From IMG/VR virus record IMGVR_UViG_3300046660_000513, positions 1 through 64,000 of that record: a stretch of 64,000 bases of DNA; one strand, given 5' to 3'. Source of the DNA: a virus. The notes beneath the pieces are model-generated. The model saw only the letters and a list, made by a program, of their open reading frames with translations. It was not told the DNA's origin and did not search any database. Position numbers and translations under genes: made by a program. Position 1 is the first letter of the stretch, and each line of letters opens with the position of its first letter. Below, in pieces: positions 1 through 9,394 of the stretch.

Positions 1-2
1 CC

Positions 3-197
3 GGGCTGCCCACCAAACGGATCGGATACGCCTCCCTGGCGGATCACAAGAAGGAGCGCCGCGCTCTGGTGCTGTGCGGGTGGTCGGAGTCGCACGTGCC
101 GTTGAAGGACGCTAGGGCGTGGCAGGAGGAGTTGCCGGAGGACCGGGAGGCACTGGGGGTTCCGGAGCAGCGGATAGAGCGGCTGCCGTTGTTCTGA
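3..197 (+). CDS. 3' end of hypothetical protein (partial)
   Basis: Open frame from window edge ending ...ERLPLF-TGA, followed by a promoter motif. Confidence 0.55.
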   Translation, partial: GLPTKRIGYASLADHKKERRALVLCGWSESHVPLKDARAWQEELPEDREALGVPEQRIERLPLF

Positions 198-202
198 CGG
201 GG

Positions 203-237
203 TTGTATCCCGCCTACTCGACATGCTAGGGTAGATA
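203..237 (+). promoter_or_regulatory. Representative sigma70/HrdB-type promoter TTGTAT-N18-TAGGGT with extended TG
   Basis: TTGTAT 203-208, TAGGGT 227-232; same 18-bp spacing at 1372/1396, 2075/2099, 5017/5041, 6447/6471, 42564/42588. Confidence 0.8.
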
Positions 238-275
238 TATCAGGACAGGGAAACACCACACCGAGGAGACTCCCA

Positions 276-422
276 ATGAACGCCAAGCAGCTCACCCAGA
301 ACACCGCCACCCTGATCATCGCGGCAATCCTTTTCCTTCCCCTCCTGATCGTAGGAATCCCCCTCCTGAAGCTGTGGCTCTGGGCCGTCAAGACCTTCGG
401 CCCGAAGAACCCCCAGATCTGA
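276..422 (+). CDS. Small membrane protein, 48 aa (not in ORF track)
   Basis: GAGGAG RBS after motif; MNAKQLTQNTATLIIAAILFLPLLIVGIPLLKLWLWAV... one TM helix. Confidence 0.75.
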   Translation: MNAKQLTQNTATLIIAAILFLPLLIVGIPLLKLWLWAVKTFGPKNPQI

Positions 423-493
423 TCCCGCACCCTCACCGCCCGCCTCCTGGAACACTCCAGGAGGCGCCCCTATACCCCCAAGGAGCCTTCCAG

Positions 494-961
494 ATGAACG
501 CCCTGATCTACCTCCGCACCGAAACGCCCGTTATCACCGGGGAAGACCTGGAACGCCTCGATCTGATGCGTCCGTACGCCCTGGCCGCCGGGTACACCGT
601 TACCGAGGTGTGGCCGGTGTACGCCCCGTTCGAGTCGCCGACGGACATCAAGCACTGGACGAACGCCCGCCAGGACCTGGAAGAGGGGCGGTTCGATGCA
701 ATCGTGTTCTGGCATGAGGGGCAGGGCACACCGCGTCCTCGCCATCAGACCCGGGAAGATCTCGGCTACGACCGGGGTACTTCTGACTCCGCGTCTCCGG
801 AGGGTTTCCAGCCGGGTGCCCGGGTGAAGTACGACGACGCGGCGGGGGAGGTGCTGGAGCGGGTTTATTCGACGGCTCGGGGGGCCTGGGACTGCCAGGT
901 GCAGTTCGATGGTGTGGAGGGCACGGGGACGGTGTGGGAGTCGGATCTCGTGCCGGAGTGA
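494..961 (+). CDS. Hypothetical protein
   Basis: AGGAG RBS, ATG at 494 (MNALIYLRT...). Confidence 0.65.
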   Translation: MNALIYLRTETPVITGEDLERLDLMRPYALAAGYTVTEVWPVYAPFESPTDIKHWTNARQDLEEGRFDAIVFWHEGQGTPRPRHQTREDLGYDRGTSDSASPEGFQPGARVKYDDAAGEVLERVYSTARGAWDCQVQFDGVEGTGTVWESDLVPE

Positions 962-1014
962 TCATGGGGTACACCGAGGGGGATCGGGAAACCGGTCCCC
1001 TTTAGTGTTGCGCC

Positions 1015-1368
1015 ATGAGCCCTGTACCGGATCGTCGTCCCCTGTATCTGCAAGTAGCGGAGGAGCTGCGCCGCGATGTTGTGCAGGGGCGGAAGCCCGG
1101 GGATCCGCTGCCGTCGATCCGGGCGCTCCAGGAGCGGTTCCAGGTGGCGAACATGACCTTGCGGGCTGCTCTGGGGGTGCTGAGGGATGAGGGTTTGATC
1201 TATACGGTCCAGGGGCGCGGCAGCTATGTCACGGGCGGCGCTGAGGAACCGGTGACGGGGGAGGGAATCTCGTGGGCTGCTCTGGTGGGGATGGTGGTGG
1301 AGCTGCGGGAAGAGGTCGGGGAGTTGCGGCGGTTGGTGGAGGAGCTGAGGGCGGGCCGGGGCGTGTAG
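1015..1368 (+). CDS. GntR-family transcriptional regulator with C-terminal coiled coil
   Basis: PLYLQVAEELR...LPSIRALQERFQVANMTLRAALGVLRDEGLIYTVQGRGSYV wHTH. Confidence 0.92.
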   Translation: MSPVPDRRPLYLQVAEELRRDVVQGRKPGDPLPSIRALQERFQVANMTLRAALGVLRDEGLIYTVQGRGSYVTGGAEEPVTGEGISWAALVGMVVELREEVGELRRLVEELRAGRGV

Positions 1369-1438
1369 GGGTTGTGCCTCCTATCTCGAATCTGCTAGGG
1401 TAGATACATCAGAGACACCGTGACAGAGGAGACTCCCC

Positions 1439-1645
1439 GTGCGCCACATCCACCGCCGCAACATCTGTGACCACGGCTACGAGGGAACGCCCTGCCACCC
1501 CGGCAACCACAAGGCCGTAGGCCACGCCGAGTGCTCCGAAACCGCCTGCCCCACCAACACCCTGGAACGCCACGCCTACAACCCCCACAAGTCCGGCATC
1601 GGCTGCACGTGCGGATTCGGCCCCTACGACAAAGTCCACTTCTGA
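1439..1645 (+). CDS. Small Cys/His-rich protein
   Basis: Follows motif at 1393 and GAGGAG RBS. Confidence 0.65.
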   Translation: MRHIHRRNICDHGYEGTPCHPGNHKAVGHAECSETACPTNTLERHAYNPHKSGIGCTCGFGPYDKVHF

Positions 1646-1658
1646 GGAAAGTCTGACC

Positions 1659-2027
1659 ATGACCGAGAACGTCACCCATCGTTGCCGTAGCTGCGGAGTC
1701 ACCGTGTACATAGGCGACGAGTGGACGTATTGCAGCGGCGGTTCCCAGTTCTGCTACAACAGCGGCCCTAACCCGAGCAAGATGCTGCGCTGGGCCAAGG
1801 ACGCCGGTCTGAAGATCGTGTGCTCTGTGGCCCCGTACGAGGGCCGGGAGGTGGTGTACGACTCGGGCTATTCCGGCACGCATCCGCGCCCTTGGGTGCT
1901 TCTGGGGACGGGGCTGCGGTTCTCGGGTAAGGAGTGTCTCGCCCTGCCTCTCCCTCCGGTGCTCCAGCCGTCTCCGCCGTCTTCCCGGGGGTTCCTGTCG
2001 CGCATCACGGGGCGCTGGGCCCGTTAG
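1659..2027 (+). CDS. Hypothetical protein with N-terminal CxxC
   Basis: RBS, operon position. Confidence 0.65.
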   Translation: MTENVTHRCRSCGVTVYIGDEWTYCSGGSQFCYNSGPNPSKMLRWAKDAGLKIVCSVAPYEGREVVYDSGYSGTHPRPWVLLGTGLRFSGKECLALPLPPVLQPSPPSSRGFLSRITGRWAR

Positions 2028-2141
2028 TTCTGATCTTCGTTGCAAGGCCCCTGCCTTCGGGTGGGGGTTTCTTGTTGTGCGCTCTCAGCTCTGTATGCTA
2101 GGGTAGATACATCAGGACACACCAAAACCGAGGAGAGTCCC

Positions 2142-2315
2142 ATGGAGCAGAACCCCTTGTTCCTGATCGTTGCCTGCGACGACAGGTGGGGCCAGTACAA
2201 AGAGCTGCGCCTTCGGGCGGCCGACCTGGAAGACGCCCTGACCAGGATCAAACAGGACACTCGCTGGCGCCCCTCGTACAGGATCGTCGGCTGGCTGACA
2301 GAAGGAGAGTTCTGA
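2142..2315 (+). CDS. Hypothetical protein
   Basis: Motif 2096 + GAGGAG RBS. Confidence 0.7.
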   Translation: MEQNPLFLIVACDDRWGQYKELRLRAADLEDALTRIKQDTRWRPSYRIVGWLTEGEF

Positions 2316-2317
2316 CC

Positions 2318-2668
2318 ATGGCGAAGAAGGAATCCCTCAAGAAAGCCGTCGCCCTCCCTGAAGGCGGCCTGCAATGGTCCTGGAACGGCCTCGGGGAAGT
2401 CCGGCACACAGTCACCTGGGACGGGAAAACGGGCCAGTCAGTTTGGGTCGTCTGGCACGGCGAACTCCCCATGCGGGCCGAACTGCCCTGGTTCCTGGTC
2501 AAGGCGCGCGGCGAGGTGCAGGAGAACATTCGGCATTTTCGCAACGCGCATCTTGATCGAATCCACGCCAACAGGGCCCTGCACGCTGTAGGGATGCTGG
2601 CAGATCAACACTTCGACACGCCTGGATACTGCAACTGCTGGCGCTGCACCCCTGAGGAGACCTCGTGA
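2318..2668 (+). CDS. Hypothetical protein
   Basis: AGGAG RBS, ATG 2318. Confidence 0.7.
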   Translation: MAKKESLKKAVALPEGGLQWSWNGLGEVRHTVTWDGKTGQSVWVVWHGELPMRAELPWFLVKARGEVQENIRHFRNAHLDRIHANRALHAVGMLADQHFDTPGYCNCWRCTPEETS

Positions 2669-2895
2669 CGTCGCCTGAACAGTCCGATCTTGTGAAGATC
2701 GGCCGCGTCTACACCGGCCCGTACGGCTGGAAGTTCCGTATCGACGTGATCACCACCCACCCCGACCCTGCTGACGGGGAACCGATGGTTCTCGGCTGGA
2801 AGTTCTTCAACGGCTACTGGCAGGCTGCCTCTTACGGCCTGTCCGAGTGGCTGGGGATGGAAGACCACGAGTGGCTGCCTGAGGAGACCCCGTGA
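2665..2895 (+). CDS. Hypothetical protein
   Basis: GTGA overlap coupling. Confidence 0.7.
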   Translation: MTSPEQSDLVKIGRVYTGPYGWKFRIDVITTHPDPADGEPMVLGWKFFNGYWQAASYGLSEWLGMEDHEWLPEETP

Positions 2896-3296
2896 ACACC
2901 CCCAAGAAGCCCGGCGGCATCCACGTCACCGAGGAAACCGTCTACAAGCTGATCCCCGACGCGGACGCCCTGGCTCTGGCCTGGATCAAGGCGTGGGCCG
3001 ACAAGGTGCCCTCGGGCACTCAGATGATCTTGGCCAAGATGCGGTGCGCCCTGGCTGACGGGCCGTGTGGGTGCCCCGAGGACGCCTATACGTTCAAGTG
3101 CACGGGCCCGTACCCGCCGGTCCCTCTGGAGATCCTCATGGCCTGGGTTACCCCCCTGGAAAGCTCCCCGGGCCCTATCCCCGGTGTGGTGGAGGGCGTC
3201 ATGCTCCCTGCGCCACAGGCTGTTGTGTCGGGCGGTCACGTGCGTGAAGTCCAGTTCGTGGGGCCGGGGATGGCCCTGTATCTCAAGAAGATCTGA
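2892..3296 (+). CDS. Hypothetical protein
   Basis: GTGA overlap coupling. Confidence 0.7.
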   Translation: MNTPKKPGGIHVTEETVYKLIPDADALALAWIKAWADKVPSGTQMILAKMRCALADGPCGCPEDAYTFKCTGPYPPVPLEILMAWVTPLESSPGPIPGVVEGVMLPAPQAVVSGGHVREVQFVGPGMALYLKKI

Positions 3297-3306
3297 GGGG
3301 CGTCCC

Positions 3307-3561
3307 GTGCCTGACGAGAACACCCCTACCGGTAACCGGCCGGATTATCAGCATCCCGCCCACAAGGTCCCTCTGGGTTCCTGGACTGGGCAGCGTCACC
3401 AGAAACGGATCATCGGCTTCGAGCAGCGTGCTGAGATCCTGGAGAAGTTCCGGACCGCCCGCGAGGGCAACCCGGCTCTCTCCAAGGCGGCGTTCGCCCG
3501 TGCTACGGCCCTCGACTACGGGGTATCCGCTTCCACCATCCTCGCTATCCTTGCTGGTTGA
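3307..3561 (+). CDS. Putative HTH DNA-binding protein
   Basis: GTG 3307; ...FARATALDYGVSASTILAILAG HTH-like end. Confidence 0.55.
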   Translation: MPDENTPTGNRPDYQHPAHKVPLGSWTGQRHQKRIIGFEQRAEILEKFRTAREGNPALSKAAFARATALDYGVSASTILAILAG

Positions 3562-3574
3562 GACTGGAGACCCC

Positions 3575-3805
3575 GTGACTCCCGGGTGCGAGCTGTTTGC
3601 CGGGTCCCTTCACGACGCCGACCCGCCGCCTGCTGCCGTACAGGTCATCCTCGAATGGATCACCGGTGACGGCTCCATCAGGCACAGCACCAAGAACCTG
3701 TGCGCGGCCTGCTACGACGACAAGATGCGCGAGTTCACCGACACCGCCACCGAGGGCCGTTACAGCCTTATCACCGTTATCCAGCGCTACCAGGAGACCC
3801 CGTGA
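3575..3805 (+). CDS. Hypothetical protein
   Basis: GGAGACCCC-GTG start. Confidence 0.65.
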   Translation: MTPGCELFAGSLHDADPPPAAVQVILEWITGDGSIRHSTKNLCAACYDDKMREFTDTATEGRYSLITVIQRYQETP

Positions 3806-3987
3806 TCACGGAACAGCAGCTCGCCGAGTACAACGAGGCGATCATGACCTACCAGCACCACGTCCCTGTCGGATTCAACTGCTGCTCCGCACACCCTGCC
3901 GCAGAGGCCAGCATCCGCCTGTACGCCGAAGTCCTCCGGCTCCGCGCCGCTGTTACCGCCTACGAGACTGCCCGGGAGACCCCGTGA
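3802..3987 (+). CDS. Hypothetical protein
   Basis: GTGA overlap. Confidence 0.65.
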   Translation: MITEQQLAEYNEAIMTYQHHVPVGFNCCSAHPAAEASIRLYAEVLRLRAAVTAYETARETP

Positions 3988-4307
3988 ACCCCGTCGAGAA
4001 CCCCCGTGACCGCATCCATTTCAGGTTCTGCCCTGACGACATGTGCAGGGTCCAGCACAACGCGCCCGGCGACCGCTGCAAGGATCTGGACGAGCTGCTC
4101 GATCAGGTCGCCGACCCCAACACCTCCCTTGTAGCCGCCTACCGGCAGCTCTTGGACATGCACATGGACACGCTGCTCACTCACGGCCCCCAGGTAGCTC
4201 AGGGGCTTGCCCTGGCTATCACGAAGCTGGCTCCCCTGTTGCCTGCCGAAGGGGCCCCGTGGGTCGTGGCCTCTCCGTACCCCGACCCGATTCAGGAGAC
4301 CCTGTGA
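3984..4307 (+). CDS. Hypothetical protein
   Basis: GTGA overlap. Confidence 0.65.
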   Translation: MNPVENPRDRIHFRFCPDDMCRVQHNAPGDRCKDLDELLDQVADPNTSLVAAYRQLLDMHMDTLLTHGPQVAQGLALAITKLAPLLPAEGAPWVVASPYPDPIQETL

Positions 4308-4501
4308 CGTCGCGTTGGCTCGTCTTCCACGTAGAGATCGAAACCGACACTGATGATCCGGCAGCTATCGCCGCGATCATCGACCACATCGACAGCCAGG
4401 TTTCCGGCCTACCACAGATGATCAAGGCCGACTGTGCCGACGGGATCGACACCGTGGCCTACCAGGCTGTTTCCATGCACGGCCAGGAAAGGGACGACTG
4501 A
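4304..4501 (+). CDS. Hypothetical protein
   Basis: GTGA overlap. Confidence 0.65.
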   Translation: MTSRWLVFHVEIETDTDDPAAIAAIIDHIDSQVSGLPQMIKADCADGIDTVAYQAVSMHGQERDD

Positions 4502-4503
4502 TC

Positions 4504-4641
4504 ATGGACGGCAACACACTGGAAGACGCCCGTGAACTGTTGGCGCGGTTCCAGGAGGTGATAACGGCTGCCGAGGCGGGCGGGAAGCCGGGTTGGGGTC
4601 CGTTCGCGGACATCGTGATCATGAAAGTAGAGGGGGAGTAA
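4504..4641 (+). CDS. Hypothetical protein, 45 aa (not in ORF track)
   Basis: MDGNTLEDARELLARF...; TAATG overlap with next gene. Confidence 0.6.
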   Translation: MDGNTLEDARELLARFQEVITAAEAGGKPGWGPFADIVIMKVEGE

Positions 4642-4928
4642 TGAGCTGGGGAGGGCCGGGCGGGCTCACAGGAGACGCCGCCGTGCTGGAGGGGCAGGAA
4701 CTCCAGGCTTATCTGGACGTCTGGATCGAGCAGGGGATTTTCCGGGAAGGGAAGGTCATCTGGGATCCGCAGGAGGGTCGCCACTGGGTGGAGGTCAGCC
4801 TCACTTCCGGGTTCTCCCGTCGGGAGTGGTCGGCAGAGGAGTTCCGCGCTTACATCCAGGGCGTGAAGGACGCTACCCGGCATCACCGCAGGGAAAAGCC
4901 TGGGGTGGGCGACGGTGCCGGAGGGTAG
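4641..4928 (+). CDS. Hypothetical protein
   Basis: GGAG RBS, TAATG overlap. Confidence 0.65.
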   Translation: MSWGGPGGLTGDAAVLEGQELQAYLDVWIEQGIFREGKVIWDPQEGRHWVEVSLTSGFSRREWSAEEFRAYIQGVKDATRHHRREKPGVGDGAGG

Positions 4929-5088
4929 GCTATTTGGCGGACCCTTCGGGGTTCGTGACGGAGACAGGGACGGCCGGACGTGTGGAAGCGTCCGGCCGTT
5001 TCGTTGTGTCTGGGTGTTGTGCCTCCTTCAATCCATGTGCTAGGGTAGATATATTGAAGCACAGGGACACCAAACCGAGGAGACCCTC

Positions 5089-5229
5089 ATGTCGTACGCC
5101 ACGATCCTCCGATTCGCCGCCGTCCTCGCCCTTATGGGCACGGGTCACTGGATCATCGCCCTGCTGGTCTGGGGAGTCGGCTACGGCGCCCAGAAGGCCC
5201 TGTACACCCACCTGATGAACAAGATCTGA
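5089..5229 (+). CDS. Small membrane protein, 46 aa (not in ORF track)
   Basis: Motif 5038 + RBS; MSYATILRFAAVLALMGTGHWIIALLVWGVG... Confidence 0.7.
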   Translation: MSYATILRFAAVLALMGTGHWIIALLVWGVGYGAQKALYTHLMNKI

Positions 5230-5241
5230 GAGGGGACCGTC

Positions 5242-5355
5242 ATGGAACCGCGCACACCCTGCGAGGAGTACGGCCACGACTACGAGACCGATCCTGAGGA
5301 CATCCTGCTCCACGTTTGCACTGAGCCTGGCTGCGGCGACTGGTACCGAGACTGA
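5242..5355 (+). CDS. 37-aa Cys/His peptide (not in ORF track)
   Basis: GAGGGG RBS; MEPRTPCEEYGHDYE...CTEPGCGDWYRD. Confidence 0.55.
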   Translation: MEPRTPCEEYGHDYETDPEDILLHVCTEPGCGDWYRD

Positions 5356-5365
5356 GGAGCATTCC

Positions 5366-5566
5366 GTGTCTACGCCCTCTTACAAGATCACCTGGACTGT
5401 CGGTCTGCTTTTTCGCCGCACCGTTCGCCGGACCCTCCTGCGGGACAGTGTCAGGTTCTCCGAGGACAAGAGCCTTGTGGACTCTCTGTTCATTATCCGG
5501 CCGACCTCCCGGGCGCAGTACGACGCCCTGATGGCCTGGATGCGCCGCGTATCCGAAACCAACTGA
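5366..5566 (+). CDS. Hypothetical protein, paralog of 10087..10284
   Basis: Shared YxITxTVGLxxRxxVRRxL...ExxSLxDSLxxIR. Confidence 0.7.
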   Translation: MSTPSYKITWTVGLLFRRTVRRTLLRDSVRFSEDKSLVDSLFIIRPTSRAQYDALMAWMRRVSETN

Positions 5567-5575
5567 GGAGCCCTG

Positions 5576-5803
5576 ATGAACGAGAGCCCCCTTTACTTCC
5601 AGAGCATCCACCCGGTGGGTGTGGTCTTGTTCCGCTCCAGCCGTCTTCACAGGCGCCGTATCCACACGCACCTCCAGGCTCTCGGCTTCATGTACATGAG
5701 TGCTCTTTGGTGGGTCCTGTGGGTCGATTTCATCGTGTGGCCCCCCACTCATGCCGAAGCTGTTGAACTTCAGGACTGGCTGCGGGGCCTCGGCGTCTCC
5801 TAA
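5576..5803 (+). CDS. Hypothetical protein
   Basis: GAGGAG RBS. Confidence 0.65.
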   Translation: MNESPLYFQSIHPVGVVLFRSSRLHRRRIHTHLQALGFMYMSALWWVLWVDFIVWPPTHAEAVELQDWLRGLGVS

Positions 5804-5907
5804 TCCTCTGCCCGAACCCCCTGTCGACACCGGCAGGGGGGTTTTTCATGTGCTAGGGTAGATAAATACCAGGCGCACCGTGTGCCTGGATACAAATGGG
5901 GTGCGGA

Positions 5908-6069
5908 ATGCGCGGTCTGTGGTGGGTTCTTGCTGTAGCGCTGTACATACTGGCGCTCGGAGGGGTAATGGCCGGACTGCACGGGGACTTGTTCTCTTTC
6001 CTCATCGCGGCCGGACTCGCCGGATGGGGCTGGGCCTGCCAGAAGAAGGCCACCCGGACACCCAAGTAG
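5908..6069 (+). CDS. Small two-TM membrane protein, 53 aa (not in ORF track)
   Basis: After motif 5851; MRGLWWVLAVALYILALGGVMAG...; followed by hairpin terminator. Confidence 0.6.
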   Translation: MRGLWWVLAVALYILALGGVMAGLHGDLFSFLIAAGLAGWGWACQKKATRTPK

Positions 6070-6171
6070 TCGCAGCGGCCAGTACCAGAGGAACCCCCGT
6101 CCGATCGGACGGGGGTTTTCTGTCGCACAGATAAGGGTCTATTTACCCAAAGTAGGACATAGGATTCATAT

Positions 6172-6441
6172 ATGAAGATCGGTATGGGATGGGGCTCCGA
6201 CCAGGTAGGCCACGCCTGGGGAGAATTCCCCACCGTAGAGGCGGCAGCACAGGTGTTCCAGGGTTTTCTGCGTCGCATCCGGACTCGCTGGGTCCCCGGC
6301 TTCATGGGGGACCCGTTGGTGCGGGACGGCAAGCGGCTGTTGATCCGCATGTGTACCGACGGCGTGCGTGCGGTGCAGCAAGGCAAGCCGTGGCGTGCGC
6401 AGATCGGCGATGTGTGGGTGTCGTTGTTTCCCCGACAGTAG
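6172..6441 (+). CDS. Hypothetical protein
   Basis: ORF between terminator and next motif. Confidence 0.6.
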   Translation: MKIGMGWGSDQVGHAWGEFPTVEAAAQVFQGFLRRIRTRWVPGFMGDPLVRDGKRLLIRMCTDGVRAVQQGKPWRAQIGDVWVSLFPRQ

Positions 6442-6518
6442 GGGTGTTGTGGGATCTACAGGGAACATGCTAGGGTAGATACATCAGCTCAGGGGAACAC
6501 CAAACCAAGGAGACTCCC

Positions 6519-6707
6519 ATGGAAGCCGTCAACAAGATCGCCACGCACCTGCTGTTCGTCGACAACGACCCCGAGATGATGGACCACGGCAAGCAGCGCG
6601 TAGCTGAGCAGTTCGCCCGGAAGGCCGGTCTCCAGGGCCTGGGCATCGAATACCCCGAGCTGGTGGCTCGCGCCCGCGCTCACGTCCGTGAGAACCTGAT
6701 GGGCTGA
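6519..6707 (+). CDS. Hypothetical protein
   Basis: Motif 6468 + AAGGAG RBS. Confidence 0.75.
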   Translation: MEAVNKIATHLLFVDNDPEMMDHGKQRVAEQFARKAGLQGLGIEYPELVARARAHVRENLMG

Positions 6708-6835
6708 TTGTCAGATGTACCGAGGGGGCCGGGAAACCGGCCCTTTCGGCGTTTCCGGGGGTGTTGTGGGCCCTCACCTCATGTGCTAGGGTAGATATAT
6801 CAGCAGGGAACACCACACCAGGGGAGATCTCAAAA

Positions 6836-7264
6836 ATGACCGTCAAGGCCTTTTACTCCGGCACCTACACCCCCGACACCCAGGTCTACTACTGGCTGGT
6901 CAACAAGGACGGACGGGATCTCATGATCACCCGTCGCCGGGCCGCTGAAATCCAGAACGACCCCTCCCTCCCGTACGGCTGGACGGTCGAACGCCGCATG
7001 GTCACCAAGATGGTCGCGGCCTGCCCCTGGTGTGGCGCACGTCCCGTCCAGTGGGAAATGGACTGCGACGGGTGGGCCAGCACGGGCACGTGCGGAAGCA
7101 AGCAATGTAACCGACTCCGCCGATGTGAGGGCTGCGGAACGGACGGCACCGCCCGCATCGGCAGTGTCCGGGGCCATCTCTGCCTGAGCTGCAACGAGAC
7201 GGCCCGTCAGAACAACCTGGAAGCCGCCCGCGACCGGTACGAGCTGGTCCCGAGTACCTGGTAG
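6836..7264 (+). CDS. Zn-finger-rich hypothetical protein
   Basis: Motif 6784 + RBS; multiple CxxC. Confidence 0.7.
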   Translation: MTVKAFYSGTYTPDTQVYYWLVNKDGRDLMITRRRAAEIQNDPSLPYGWTVERRMVTKMVAACPWCGARPVQWEMDCDGWASTGTCGSKQCNRLRRCEGCGTDGTARIGSVRGHLCLSCNETARQNNLEAARDRYELVPSTW

Positions 7265-7280
7265 GCCCTTGAGCACACAG

Positions 7281-7315
7281 AAAAGCCCCGACTCCTCCAG
7301 GGAGCCGGGGCTTTC
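7281..7315. terminator. Bidirectional intrinsic terminator between convergent blocks
   Basis: AAAAGCCCCG...CGGGGCTTTC hairpin. Confidence 0.75.
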
Positions 7316-7324
7316 TCGTATGCC

Positions 7325-7870
7325 CTACTCGGGGCCTGTAGAGCCGCCTGCGCGGCTCTGTCCCCACTCGACGACCTCCGGGGACTCCGGAATGGATCCG
7401 ATGCGCATCACGGGTGGAACGAACGGGTACAGCTTGCCGGTCACGTTTTGCCGGACAGCCATGTGCATCGCCTGGAGGGCCGTCCGCAGCGACGAATCCA
7501 TCTTCTGTCCGTGCATCCGCTCCCAGACCGTCACAGCCCGCTTGAACAGGGCCGCCCACCTGCCGGTGCTGATGTGGGCGGCGCACGCCTTGCACGCCGA
7601 CCAGTCTTCCCCGGACATGTGCTGTGACTGTCCGGGGAGGGGGAAGTCCTTCACGGGCAGGATGAACGATGCTTCGTCGTCCTGGTTGCAGAAGTCGCAC
7701 CGGTACAGCGGCTTCACTTCGTCCTGCTCCACGGGTACAGGCGCGTGTCCTCCGGCGTCCTGGAGGCCGTGTACCCATTCCTGCCGGGTGCCGTCGTCGC
7801 TTTCGAGCAGGGAGAGGATGCGGCGGCATACAGCGCATACTTTTGCCCGGCCGGGTCGGGTGTCGCCCAT
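7325..7870 (-). CDS. Hypothetical protein with CxxC motifs
   Basis: GAGGAG RBS. Confidence 0.7.
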   Translation of the reverse strand: MGDTRPGRAKVCAVCRRILSLLESDDGTRQEWVHGLQDAGGHAPVPVEQDEVKPLYRCDFCNQDDEASFILPVKDFPLPGQSQHMSGEDWSACKACAAHISTGRWAALFKRAVTVWERMHGQKMDSSLRTALQAMHMAVRQNVTGKLYPFVPPVMRIGSIPESPEVVEWGQSRAGGSTGPE

Positions 7871-8123
7871 GAGATCTCCTCGGGTGGTTGGTCCCTGTTG
7901 CCATCGTAACAGGGTAGATAATTCTTCGTTTGCGCCGTTCGTGCACCAGATCTACGGTGAAATCACAAGACTCCGGGCTAACCCGGACGACATACCTCGT
8001 AACCACCACAGGGAAGGCCCGTACACGCCTCACATTGCCGCCGTACGGGCCTTCCCACTGTCAGCCGCTGCCTCGGTGAACGCGACAGGGCGCAGCCGAA
8101 GCTACGCCCTGTCTGGGGGTTGA

Positions 8124-8369
8124 TCAGTAGTCGTACCTGGATCCGATCTTGACGACGGACCCGTTGGAGTTGACGTGGCGCTGGAACACGCGCTCCGCCT
8201 CGTTCTTCTCGTGCTCGAAGAGGGCGAGGAGTTCGATGACGGTCAGGTCCGGGTTCTTTTCGAGCGCCGCCCGGGTGGTGTTGGTCGCGTAGGTGCGGGA
8301 CATCACCCAGGAGTCTTCGAAGGTGCGCTGGGGGGACTTGAAGCCTTTTCCGTCCATGCCGTCTTCCAC
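8124..8369 (-). CDS. Hypothetical protein
   Basis: Motif 8403 + AAGGAG RBS. Confidence 0.7.
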   Translation of the reverse strand: MEDGMDGKGFKSPQRTFEDSWVMSRTYATNTTRAALEKNPDLTVIELLALFEHEKNEAERVFQRHVNSNGSVVKIGSRYDY

Positions 8370-8516
8370 GGGAGTCTCCTTGATGTTGGTGTCTCACTGA
8401 TATATCTACCCTAGCACGTTCCTTGAAGGTTAGGCAACCATCTCCTCGGGTGGGGAGCAGCAAAGAGGGGGATCGGGCTGGAGACAGCAGCCCGATCCCC
8501 CGTCGCGGTACCGCGT

Positions 8517-9287
8517 CTAGTTCACGCGGAAACCACCCTGGTTCATGGCGTACTGAAGAAAGCCCAGCCACTTCAGCCAGTAGTCGCGGCCCTGCTCGCT
8601 GATTCCCGCCTTTTCCAGGGCGGCCTTAACGGTTTCGCCGGTGTGGGTGCGGTAGGTGGTGAGGGCCGCGTCGATTTGAGCGGGCGAGACAACCCACCCG
8701 TCGTTACTGCTGAAGCATTCACTGTAGATGCCGGTGACGGGGGTGGGAGTCCAGGTCAGCTTGCGAATCATCGCGTCCGCATAGTCCGAGATGGTCTTGC
8801 GGACGGGGAGGGTGGTGTCGGTGGCCTGCTGTCCACCGGAGAGGGCGATCAGACGGTTGTCGATCTCCGCGTAAACGGCTTCCCAGTCGTCGTCTCCGAT
8901 GGTGTCGGACTCGGGCCACTCGGGCGGAGTCTGATCGATGCTGCGGGTCTGGAGCATCCCCAGCAGGCCCATGGCGGTGTGGTAGCGGCCCATGCCGCCG
9001 ATGTTGAGCCGGAAGGTGGTCCGGTCTGCGGCAATCAGGGCTTCGTACGCATCATTTACGGCGTCCTGGGCTTCGATGTAGCGCTGGGTACGGCCGGGGT
9101 ACAGCTCGTGAGCCTCCCAGTCGAGTCCCTTTTCTTCCTGGGCGCGCTTGACGTCGAACTGTCCGGACTCTTCCTTGGGCAGGCTGTCCCGGACCTTGAC
9201 GGCGGCGAAGAACGTCTTGCTGGTCTCGTTGTAGGCGGCCGTCTCGACTGCGGTCATCGGCTGGACGGTGCGGAAGTCGTAGCCCAC
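8517..9287 (-). CDS. Hypothetical protein
   Basis: GAGGAG RBS before GTG 9287. Confidence 0.75.
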   Translation of the reverse strand: MGYDFRTVQPMTAVETAAYNETSKTFFAAVKVRDSLPKEESGQFDVKRAQEEKGLDWEAHELYPGRTQRYIEAQDAVNDAYEALIAADRTTFRLNIGGMGRYHTAMGLLGMLQTRSIDQTPPEWPESDTIGDDDWEAVYAEIDNRLIALSGGQQATDTTLPVRKTISDYADAMIRKLTWTPTPVTGIYSECFSSNDGWVVSPAQIDAALTTYRTHTGETVKAALEKAGISEQGRDYWLKWLGFLQYAMNQGGFRVN

Positions 9288-9394
9288 GGGGTCTCCTCGG
9301 TGTTGGGTTGGTAGGGCAGAGCATATCAACATTCTAGGGTAGATACAACAAATGAGGGGTAGCTGTTACGGCTACCCCTCATCCTGCAACCCCT

